DNA of 64,000 bases, taken from Asterias rubens. Lineage: Eukaryota. The notes under the pieces are model-generated. The model worked only from the letters and a program-made list of their open reading frames with translations. It had not been told where the DNA came from and made no database searches. Position 1 is the stretch's first letter. Each line of letters begins with the position of its first letter. Made by a program: the position numbers and the translations under genes. Positions 1 through 10,888 of the stretch are shown piece by piece. Location of the stretch: the NCBI RefSeq assembly GCF_902459465.1, contig NC_047062.1, positions 14,012,001-14,076,000 of the forward strand, given 5' to 3'.

Positions 1-131
1 AAATAAATTATGAATTTTCTATACAAAAAATAAAACGATAAGTATCTATGAGTGCGGTATATAAAACAAATATCAGATGCATGGTAATTACTCTCAGCAT
101 ATAGCAGAGTAAAATTACACGTTGAAATCTT

Positions 132-381
132 GGCCCAACTTCATGGCTCTGCTCACCGTAAGCAAAGAATTTGTGCAGGGATTTCCGCACTCACGCCAAG
201 TGTATTTCACAAATTACCAGGGAGTTTATGCTTACATGTGCGAGCGTGTACTCCAAGGTAATAATAGGCTTTCTTTGCCTACACGGGTAGCGCATAAATT
301 TAGCTTGTACAGTAAGCAGAGAATGTTGATCATAAAAAAAGGGCAGAATTCAGGGGTAAATAGAGCAATGAAATTGGGTCC
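132..381. mobile_element. MITE of the GGGCCCAATTTCAT terminal-inverted-repeat family
   Basis: Starts GGCCCAACTTCATGG and ends ATGAAATTGGGTCC. Related copies at about 31730-31913, 33691-33884, 37695-37940, 39527-39717, 45655-45842 and 57756-57941. Partial copies at about 12400-12660, 18334-18420, 38560-38720 and 53410-53500. Confidence 0.8.
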
Positions 382-503
382 GGGACTCTTCCATTTAACT
401 TCTGACATGAAACAGTCCAGATTTCACCTCATAATTATATTCTGTCATATTGTTCGCATATGCTAGGCATCCAATATTTGGATAAAATGCAGAAGATACA
501 TGC

Positions 504-800
504 ATAATTTCATGAGCAACCACTCCACTGTATCTGCCTAAGTAGATATTTATCAGTCCGAATTGTATTTTGTAATATTGTTCTCATATGAATCCAAAAA
601 ATTGATAACAAGCAGAAATAACTCAAAATAATTTCATGAGCAACCACTGCACTGTGGTATCTTTAAAAAAGCATTTGCCAAAGTAGATATTTATCAGTCT
701 GAATTCAGTTATATTGTTCTCAAATGAATCAAAATAATTGATAACATGGAGAAATAACTCAAATAATTTCACGAGCAACCATTGCACTGTGGTCTTTAAA
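504..800. repeat. Imperfect tandem repeat, about 125-135 bp unit, about 2.3 copies
   Basis: ATAATTTCA(T/C)GAGCAACCA recurs near 504, 629 and 764. The following blocks (AGTAGATATTTATCAGTC, AATTGATAAC, AGAAATAACTCAAA) are also repeated. Confidence 0.85.
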
Positions 801-2197
801 AAATTTTTTTTTAAAGCAACAAAATAGATGATCAATACTCTGCCTATAACAAAAGAGACCGTCACGCAACAGGTTTCACTGGTTCTGTCCTTTCACGAAC
901 ACCCTGACATTCTCTGTTCAAATATATACTGGTACCCATTCAACATCATTCCTTTGGAACAACCGGCTTGACAAATTAACTATTTCAAATAAGCCGCATT
1001 CTGCCCGATCGTATAGAAAAATTATAATTGTTAATGGGCAGCAAAGTACAGTGTCATCTAGGGAAACTGGCAATTCGGGTAGTGGTTGGATGAAGAGAAA
1101 TATTTACATTCTAATTGTGCTACACATCCAGGTGGTTGACAATGCAAGCAATTTGATAAAAACCCTGCAGATCGCGAGCGGTAGTTACACATAGCGCATT
1201 GATGTGCGTTTTAAATCATGATTTTTTTTCATGCAGTATTTACGCATAAGGAAGTATTTCCGCACAGAGCAGAGTTGTGTATTAAAAAAAACTATTTTGT
1301 TCACACAGTATTTACACTAGCACATGGTTGTTTGTATAAAATAGAAAAAATTAATGGTTTATTTCCCCAAAAAGATGACCGACTTTAAACTGTGTGACGT
1401 CAACCAAAATATTTTTGCACAGGGGGAATGACACTTGAACAAGTGATAAATATAAGTACTGTAAAAAGCCATTAAGTTATCCCCAATTTATTGGATGTTT
1501 TATTTAAAAAACATAATACTTTAGGAACTTAAAGTTTACTAATTACATGATGAATTGCGTCAATAACGTCAATAAAAATTGTCATAACGAACGAAAAATT
1601 CATAAAAGATTGCCTGCTTTTCCCCCAGAAAATTACATAATGTATGAAAATGTGTTTATTATGATTGCCCCCAGCAGAACTTCTTCAGGGGGACTCTTTA
1701 GAGTTAAAGACGTAGATTATCAATTTCCGAGTTAAAACACAGACATGGCCAGAAAACCAAAGTTAAATCAGTAGAAATTATGTTAATGAAACGACCGTCA
1801 CTTTACAGTTTTGCAGAAAGTCCCATAAACAAATGGGAGAAAAACAACTTTATGATAAAAGTAGAAAACTAGGAAATCTCATTTTGTGTAGAAAAAAAAC
1901 CTGTTCTACAAAAAAGTCTTGTAAAACTTACGAGAGGCAAGAAATTGTCCTCAAAGAGAACCCAGAGCATTCAGAGCTCTCATCAGAAATTCAAGTCCTA
2001 TTCTAGAAACATTCTGCCAGTTTTCCAAAGGTTTCAAAAAATAGCCTTCACTCAACTCAAATAAATCAGTTATCAATCATAGCTGTCTAAATCAACAAAC
2101 CAGTGTCAATGATTTGACCTCAATGTTTTATCAATGAAGCAAACACAACCAGAAAAACCTTGAAACACAACAAAATTCATGAAGAATCTTTACAAAC

Positions 2198-2243
2198 CTT
2201 TACTTCTTTCTTTACTTGCAGGTACATGTGTGCATTTCTCCAT
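2198..2243 (-). CDS. Candidate alternative first coding exon of an unidentified gene (MEKCTHVPASKERSK, phase 1)
   Basis: ATG in gtcATGG context, 15 codons + 1 nt, then donor GTTTGT. Homologous block at 5545-5605. Upstream GC-richer promoter-like region with CCAAT near 2952. No homology recognised. Confidence 0.25.
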
Positions 2244-4892
2244 GACTCAACAGTGCCTAGTACTACCACCGTACAGCATGCTTGTCTTGGGATGAAATTA
2301 TTTGCATCAGAGCGGATAAGATACAGGTGTTTAATGTCTTCCCTCTTCACACAGTCCGATACTTCTTCATCAGTGCCAACCCAACGTGCTCTCGTTCAGA
2401 TAAAAGAGCCTTCACCATATGTACATGAGTCAGGGCCGGAGACAACGGTTGACCGAATGAAAAAATCCTGTCTGCGTACACTGAGAAGCAGTCAATACAT
2501 GCATTCATGAAACAAACGACATGTACGGCTGCTTAATAGCGGAGGAGAATATTGGGCGGGGCGTCATCAACACCGCTGTAATTGGATGAGGGCAGCTGGC
2601 AATTAAGGCATCTGTCATATCACCGATAATTGTAGATGCCTCAGTTTCTATCAGACTGCATGGGTTTTTTTCTCCCAGGGTCCTCATAAATGCGCCAGTG
2701 GTGATTCCCAGGGTAGCTGTTTAATGTGTATATACAGGTTTGATTGTCCCTAGGCAGTATCAAGTACTCATCTGTTTTCTCCAGGAGAACACAACGGTGA
2801 GAAAGGGAGAGGGGGTGTGTGGACTGGAGATGCGAAGCTGGGAAGGGGGAGGGGGTTCGGGGAAGTAGGTAAGCTAACTTGTGTAACACTCGGAGCGAGG
2901 TTGTGGGTGTCTTTAATGCGCAAGCCCGTTTAGCTCGAGCGTGGGTTCATTATTGGCTAGGGGTAACCGGATAGTGTGCCTGCGTATTCAGTGTCATCAT
3001 TTCATCGACCCTCTCTTGCTCTGCAGATTCGAGGTAATGCAGTGACGATGAACATCTCTGAATATACACAGACATGTATCAAGGGCAATATACTGTGAAG
3101 AGAAAAGCCTGGGTGCTCTCTTTGCACTGTGACGGGGGTTCGCTTCATCCATAAAAAACCCTTGCTGCAGGCTGTGGGTTGTTTTTGAAAGGAATGACAA
3201 AAAGGAATCCTGTATATCTGATTACAAACCGCAATACGTAAATTCAAATTTGATTCCAGGTTGGAACACGTAAAGGTACTATCTATGTCTTAGTATAGGA
3301 ATACTAGCAATGAGTGATGCATGTATTTGGACTGTGCATAATAAATCGCAACAAAAGACAAATACAAGTATACGTACTTGTGTGTGAATTACTTCCTGAT
3401 TTACGTATAAATATAGAAATGACTTCCTTCCACTGAATAATAAACGACCTGCATGTAATTCAAGATAAGAATTTTAGGACAATATGGTCAATTATTGGTA
3501 GTAGTGTTATGACTGCTCACACCCAACCTTCATGTTTCTTCTGCAAAGTTTAAACAATCATTTTCTCTCTCTCATGGAAACATCTGTTGTCAACAACAAA
3601 CGGACTAAGGACAATGTTGTCTCAGATTTAATTAGAGTATATATGCTAGTTCAAATAAACAGTTGGGTTGAACCAAAGTGCTTTATGGTTGAACAAAATA
3701 AAAAACACCCAGAGTAAACAAAAACAAAAACTAAGATTTTTATTTGGTGAATTTGAAGTCAAGGCTGCAACAAGCTTTCATTTGAAAGTTGTCCTAGAAA
3801 CCATGGTTATTTATTATTACACACTATTCTTTGGGGCGGACTGACATTATATATTTCACTCTTTCGTTAATAGTTTCGGACAACGTTCCTATAGCGCTGC
3901 ATCACTAAAAAACAAAATATATCTTTTGGGTCAGAATTGACCAAATTTTGGGGAATTTGGGAACCTACACTGTAACCCATTCTTGATCAGCATGAACTAG
4001 AGATTATAGGTTAATTATATGGTTAATTATTTGACTCCAACTGTGTATTGAAAGTTTGACATAGGTTTGGGGTAGTTTTGACATACATTCCAGGTCAAGG
4101 TACTGACACAGCACCTTGTTACCCGGATTCTGGGTCAATTCAGACCAGGAAGTTTTTTTTTGGTAAACTGGTGGCAAAAGGTTGTCAGAAGATGTCTGCA
4201 CCAACCAAAGGTGCTAGTAATAATATTCAGGATCGTTAAGTGGAGGCAGTGGTTGCATGTTAAAATATTTGTTAGCAATCACAACCAATATCTTCTTCTA
4301 AATAATAAATACATATGGGGTTTTTTAAGTAACAATTATCAAACTTTTTATCTAACGAAAAAAAAAATTCAGAAAGACTTTGCTAGGGTCAAAATGTCAG
4401 GCAATTAAATATTTTTTTTGCATTGAAAAAAAAAAAAAAAAAAAAAAACCACAGCTATACTACATAGCTTAAATATTCCATTGTGTCAAACTGACCTTTA
4501 CAGAGTAAGGCTACAATGAATTTTGTTAATACATTCAAGAACTCACAAATGCTTAGGTTTCAGAAAAATTATTCAAGTCATGAAATCAATAAAGTACCGA
4601 CATCCTGTGTGACATTATCATCAATTATGAGTCCAGTGCAACAGGACTGCCACAGGACTGCCTGCCACTTACAAAAAAGACCCTGAACTTTTAGAATATT
4701 AAACAGAGGGTCAGCGTCACAGTGGATGTCATTTCAGGACTTTGAAGAAAATTGCTGAATGTGTAATTTCATTCTAATATTCATACTTGTAGGGAACTGT
4801 ATGCAGGTTTAAAGGTCTAACTTCGCAATTGAGATTTGTGGCCATCCCTAGATGTCTCAATGTGATTTAAATTATGTCATTTCACGGTTTAA

Positions 4893-5282
4893 TTAAAGAC
4901 ACTGGACACTATTGGTAATTATCAAAGACCAGTCTTCTCACTTGGTGTATCTCAACATGTGCATAAAATAACAAACCTGTGAAAACTTGAGCCCAATTCA
5001 ATTGGTCGTCAAATTTCCGAGATAGTAATGAAAGGAAAAACACTCTTGTGACACGAATTTGTGTGCTTTCAGATGCTTGATTTCGAGACCTCAAAATCTA
5101 ACTCTGAGGTCTTAAAATCAAATTCGTGGAAAATTACTTCTTTCTCGAAAACTACGTTACTTCAGAGGGAGCTGTTTCTCACAATGTTTTATACTATCAA
5201 CAACTCCCCATTACTCGTTACCAAGTAATGTTTTATGCTAAAAATTATTATGACTAATTACCAATAGTGCCACTGCCTTTAA
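4893..5282 (+). mobile_element. Non-autonomous DNA transposon, TTAA-flanked (Kolobok-like), about 390 bp
   Basis: TTAA-AGACACTGGACACTATTGG ... CCAATAGTGCCACTGCCT-TTAA. Same internal sequence at 22190-22575, 45021-45406 and about 53752-54119. Confidence 0.85.
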
Positions 5283-5580
5283 AGGACAGTTGAAAGTGGA
5301 TGTTAATCGAGTCCTTTGGAGAAATTGCTGAGATTTCATTCCACTAGACTTGTAGAGCATCGTTTTGAAAATGCAGGCTTAAAACTGAATTGAGAATTGC
5401 GAAATATTGTAATTAATGATAGGCAAACTAAAGAGTAGTAAGTCTTGAACCGCCAGACCAAGTTGGCGTTGGATGGACATCATCAGAGAAACTGGAAGTG
5501 TGGATGCGACAAGCACAACAAAAAAGATGGAGGGGGAATGGTGATGAAACACAAAATAATCCTGAAGAATCTCTACGAAC

Positions 5581-5626
5581 CTTTACTTGTTTCTTTACTT
5601 GGAGGAAAGTGACACTTAGATAGAAA
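5581..5626 (-). other. Candidate 46-nt exon paralogous to 2198-2243 (FLSKCHFPPSKETSK, phase 1)
   Basis: Acceptor CCTGCCAG and donor GTTCGT. Shares about 60 nt with 2161-2222. Confidence 0.2.
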
Positions 5627-7975
5627 CTGGCAGGTTCATGGCTGTACAATAAAGAACTGTGCCAAAGGCAAGGTCCTTTATCACAGGGCAACAACCCTGC
5701 AAGATTTTAAATGACAATTTATTACCAAGTCATTACACTTTCATTAGTAGTTTATTTATTACATAGATTGTGTTGCCTGTAAATTAGCACCCGCCGAAGC
5801 TTGCGTGCTACGCATTATTGTTCTGTTTAAACAATCCTCACCGTGTTTGTGTGATACATTTAAAACATGACCATATAATATCCTCTCAACCAAACAGAAT
5901 GGATATTTATATTATATACTTTAAATTTATATTATTTGACTTTACATGGACAAAAAAACATTGTATTAGATGTTCATTTATTAATTCAAACTGGCCCAAT
6001 TCCACAGAACATCCATATTAAAGACAGAACACTTATTTTGCCAGCAAATATGTAACCTATTTTTCTCACAATTGCATAGGCATGTTTATAAAAACATGTC
6101 CTGCTAATCAAATAAACTCTGTAGTTTTGTTTATATCATTACCCCCCCCCCCCCCCCCCCGATTGGCAAAGTAAAGAACATCCAAACTTACAAATTTGAC
6201 AGTTTGCATGTAATTTTGTGTTAGAGAAATTTGTCTTTACAAATAAAAAAAATCATCATTTAAATTGTCACCATTGGTTTAAAAAAAAAATTAGTTTTGT
6301 TCAATAAATTTTTTGTTATCAGTTTTAGGTAATTAATTAACTTATTTTTTCACTATTAAATCATTGCAGGATTTCTTAAAAATTTCTCTCAACAAGATAA
6401 ATTTATGCTATTAGATGCAGTCACCACGCTTGTATTTATTATAGATACCTATACCCTTGAACTCGTGTAAACTCTTCCCTGGGACACAATAAATTCTCGG
6501 GATCCTAATGAATCATAGACTGATAGGACTTGATAGGATCAGCTGTCCAGACTTCCTTTCACACAAAGGTTCTTTTTGTAGCCGCTACTGTTCTATCTGT
6601 AGTACATTTAAATGGTCTAAATTTTCCCGCTGAATTATATTCTAACTTATAACAAAACATTGGAAATACAAACGCAGAAGAGTAACATCCGGCTGAGATA
6701 CATTCAAGGAAGGGTGGGAGGGAAAGGGGGGTGACCAAAAGGACTACCTCACACATGTCTCAACTGGGACAGTCTTTCCGATCCTGCGTGGTAGTTTACA
6801 AAATTCAGCTGAGGAGCTGTCATCGAGCCTGCTCTGCATTTAGCCCCCCAGTTTCTTCTAATTGACAGAAACGGGAAGTACACGTATGACAAAACCCCCA
6901 TGGCTCATTCTGTGGCTTTTGGGTACACACGCAATGCCAAGATCATTCCAGCGCTGGCAGATTATTTCTTCCCACTCTACACTGGGTACTTCTCATAATT
7001 CACTGGAAAAAAGGTCAAGTGTGATGGGGTAATAGGGGGCAAGCTTAAGATGTGACTCAACATGTTTGTAGACTGTTGTACCTCTTGTGCACTGACAAAT
7101 TAATACAGAGTATGTTATCAAACACTTCGCTTCAACCAAAATGATCAAAGTACAAAAAACATACCTAAGAAAAAACACCCAATATACACGTTTTGTTACA
7201 TGTTCTCTTGTAATGTTACAAGAGAAGATTGTATCCGAAACACAACTTGATGTGCAGTTTTTAAAAGTTGTAAAGTAAATTCAAAGTTTGCTTTTCATAT
7301 GGAGCATCAGAAAATACGTAATTGAGAGATTAGTTCCCATAAAAAACCGTGATGCTCAGTTAGCACCTTCCATTCCATACTGTCTCTAAACACAGCCGCT
7401 CAAGCACAAACAGTTCTAAAAGCGTAACAAAAGTCACCCAAACAAGAAACAATAAATTAATCTGAACCATAGCGGCACCAGGCGGGCACCAAGCCTTCTC
7501 ATAATAAACAGGGAATCAAAATTAGAAAGAGGATTTCCCGATGCCGGCGTCTTTATGCTACCCCCACCATGATTGAAAGCCTTGTGGTAAACTATGAATG
7601 GGCGCCGCACAAACAAGAAGTTTACACCCATTGAAAATACTCTCTGTTACAGCGCAGATAAGATTCGGCTCAACAAGGCAGGCATGTGCTAAAATACCCC
7701 AAGCACTGAAACTATAACAGTGCTCACTTTGCAGAGCTCTAGTAATGAAGTATCTCCCTGCAAGGGATTGACAGACCACACTTTTAAAGAAAGAAAAAAC
7801 AAAAAACAAAAAAGGGCGGGAACCGGGTGGTTTACAAAACATTGAGTATGGAAAGTAATGAAGAAATGGCAAACAAAATATCAAACATGAAACTATTCCC
7901 GATTCTCAAATCATTGTACACTTCATTTCTTAGCTTTTTATTGCTCCCCTTTTGATGTTATTTACAATATTTTTG

Positions 7976-8289
7976 ATTTTTGGGGGTGCCAGTCAGAAGC
8001 CATACAACCGTTAACTGCCGTGTAGCCAGGGATCACACCCAAATTACGATACAACGTGGGAAGCGGCAGCCAGGGGATCACCTTAAGGGGATGCGACTTT
8101 TTGTTTCAGATATCAATACAAACCACAAGGGAAACTGACTGGGTAAATTTTGAAATGATTTTGGGGGTTGAACAAAGAGTTGACTAGAGTGGGATTCGAA
8201 CCAACAACCTCCGGATTAACGTGCCGGCGCTGTACCAACTGAGCTATCTAGCCCTGTATTGGCGGTGCCCCTATTTTGTCAATATCTTT
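7976..8289 (-). mobile_element. tRNA(Asn)-like-cored dispersed repeat, one full 314-bp monomer with 15-bp flanking direct repeat
   Basis: Internal GGCTAGATAGCTCAGTTGG...GTTAA...GGTTCGAATCCCACTCTAGTC with A and B boxes. TTTACAATATTTTTG at 7961-7975 and 8290-8304. Other pieces at 8989-9135, 24751-24821, 46358-46560 and 54121-54500. Confidence 0.75.
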
Positions 8290-9519
8290 TTTACAATATT
8301 TTTGGAAGATAATCTTCCGCAAAGTTAAAAAACATTCGCATAGTCTATGTGTGTAAACAGCAACAACAAAAATGTTTTAAAAAAAACAGTGAAAATACTA
8401 CATAAGAGCTCATAGAAAGTAAGATTTTATTTAAGTAGGTTTCAATCTCAGAGGTCCAGATTTCAAATGAAGGGCACAGGGGGGGGGGGGTTCAGACATC
8501 CATTGGGGGAGGCAAGTGCCCCCCCCCCCTTTTAGTTACGTCGCTGGAAGCCGAGTCCACTGTAAGAAAAAATCCAAACATTTCTCTGAATGTTTCCAAA
8601 GATTTTGAGAGACAACTGGACAGAGTTAGAAGATATGGCTTTAATATTTAGCAGGACTCAACCATGACCGTGATGCGCTTCCAGGCAGTAATGACATACA
8701 TGAATAGACGTTTAATTTGTGACAGCAGATCACATTTTCCCAGCTCAGTGTTGTACATCATTTTTTTTCAACAAATCAAACATGCATTCAATGTGTACGA
8801 GTGCATGCTTGGCTAATCATTTGGAGATCTTTTAAGGGGGAAGAATGAACGACTTATCTACATAAACTCATACTATAAATAGCTTTTAAAGAGGCGACAC
8901 ATTTGGTAATGGATAAATATTTGTAGTACAAAAGTCAGTAGATGACAGCCTATGTGATGAAAAATTTGTACAAAAATGAGAATGTGATCTCCCTATTTCG
9001 TCAATACCTTTGTTGGGACCGGGGGGGGGGGGGCAGTCAGAATTAACTCAACCTTAAAGTGACGACCAGGAATCACATCCAAGTTTATGATACAACAAGG
9101 GAAGCGTCGTTACAAATATCACCTTAAGGGGGGTTAAAATTTTATTCCAAATATCAAGCAATAAAAAGGTATTTTGTACACGATTTACAAAGGATACATA
9201 AAAAAAATTACAACTATAAGACAATCTAGGAGAATCCCTTCCACATTAATGCAGGATACACTGGTCTTCCCCTACAAAGTATGGACAACTTTCAAAACTA
9301 GTAAGACAATGTATAAATATTGTTGAATGTTCACAAATGACTATGTCGGGATTTTGGTCTAATGGGGGCCTGGGGGTGGGTAGAGGAAGCCGAGAGGCAA
9401 CAACTTGGCAGATAGACAAGGGGTATCTCTAGACTGCACCCTGCCATGTCATGCAAGAAAGGAACATTGCAAAACAACCTCCGCACCTGCACTTTTATCA
9501 CACAGTGTTCTAGTTTCTC

Positions 9520-9950
9520 TATTTCTATTGGTGGAAAAGCACGTCACGTGGGGGTGTTTTAAAGGTTGATAATGACCAGTTTATAACCGGTTGTTTTCAG
9601 ATACAACCTTGTTCCCAGGGATGATCAATCTCGCCGTGCCATTTTAGCCCATGAATACGAGGATGCATACTACGCGCACGAATGCATATCCGAAAACTGT
9701 CTCAGTCATAAAAATTGCAGAGCTCAAGGACGTCGGAAAACGGATAAGTTTTACAAAGTTTCCGCCTTATTACGCCTTTTAACCAAAAAGGCATTTATGA
9801 ATGGGAATAAAAGAGTAAAATCGTTCTTAAACTGCCATTTAAAACCTTGCAGGGTCGTGGCCGTGCGATAAAGGCCTGAGCCGAAGGCAAGGGCCTTTAT
9901 CGCACGCCAATGACCCTGAAGAACGATTCACTACCCTTTTAATCCCTTAT
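9520..9950 (+). mobile_element. Diverged relative of the 23847/34671 element with terminal palindrome
   Basis: Shares CTATTGGTGGA..CGTCACGTGG and ATTTATGAATGGGAA with 23847-24405. Ends in its own hairpin (GTGCGATAAAGGCC...GGCCTTTATCGCAC). Confidence 0.6.
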
Positions 9951-10743
9951 TTTTGAATACGATTCAGTAAGGTTTCAGCCCTCATGATAAATCAGCAGAC
10001 TGCAGAGAGGATTTACGTTCGTTTAATTTTCTCCACTTGCCTTCTTATTAGTTGTTACAGCACAGCAGGTAGTACTTTGTAATACAAGTAAAGTTTATGT
10101 GGAATGTAAAGGGCATTGCTCCTAGTGCCTGAATAAAAGTTAAGGAAATAGTTCACATAGTATTCTATTTAAGGACAAAATACTTGCTCTGATAAAAAAA
10201 AAACAAGTTGTGAGGATTTTTGAGCAACTGTGTCTCAAGAAATACCAGCTTTCTTCGACAAACTTGTCTCAACGTTAACAACAAAAACCTCACTACTTTT
10301 ACAAAAGAGAAATTCAAACATTCCCGCCACTAGATATTTGTTTCCTTTCCTCAAGTAAAGAAATGCTTTGCTTGATTCTCCTTTATTTTTTGGGAGAAAC
10401 AATATTAAACAAAAAGTGTTGAGCTAAACAAAAAAGGGTTAAAACAAAATAGAAGTATTTCTGTTTATGCGATCTAATGTGAACTGTCAATGGCTTCAAG
10501 TTATTCATACATTCCAACAAGTGAGGAAACCACACGACAATACAATTTCTTTCTTCACTTAATCAACAACAACCAAAGTATACATGCAGAGATATGTTTC
10601 TGTGATCACAACTTAATCATTTTCTACTCAAGCTCTTTCCAATAGAATAATCTTGAAATGAACTGTTTGTAAAATATGCAATAAATGTCAACTTATTCCC
10701 CCCCCCCCCCAAAAAAAAAAACCACAACTTGTTCAGCACTTAC

Positions 10744-10888
10744 GTTTTGGAGTATCCCGTCGCCTTCTCCTGATTGACCCAGAGAATGCCCGAGCTAGTC
10801 GCGATTTAGGTAACGACACAGAAGGGAGTTTAGTCATACTTTTGCTTTTGCACACACAAGCACAGGCACAAAACATGGTCCAAATCAT
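10744..10888 (-). CDS. Candidate N-terminal coding exon of an unidentified gene (MIWTMFCACACVCKSKSMTKLPSVSLPKSRLARAFSGSIRRRRRDTPK, phase 1)
   Basis: Acceptor GTTGTTTCACAG, 145 nt open from the first base with three in-frame ATGs, consensus donor GTAAGT. Downstream exons not found in the window. Confidence 0.45.

Noticed and set aside
2160-2510. 116-aa + strand ORF after a pyrimidine-rich CAG
   Set aside because: No recognisable domain, and the homologous block at 5545-5605 lacks the CAG acceptor and the frame.
2775-3040. Apparent + strand microexons (12 nt near 2775, 7 nt near 3027; also 16 nt near 21261)
   Set aside because: Splice-like signals only, with no flanking + strand gene to host them.
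5581-5641. FLQVKKQ resembling a FERM (merlin/ERM) motif
   Set aside because: Seven-residue match without the flanking FERM residues, so not distinguishable from chance.
8182-8254. Functional tRNA-Asn gene (also 46426-46497)
   Set aside because: Anticodon loop lacks U33, anticodon and T stems have mismatches, and it is embedded in a dispersed repeat.
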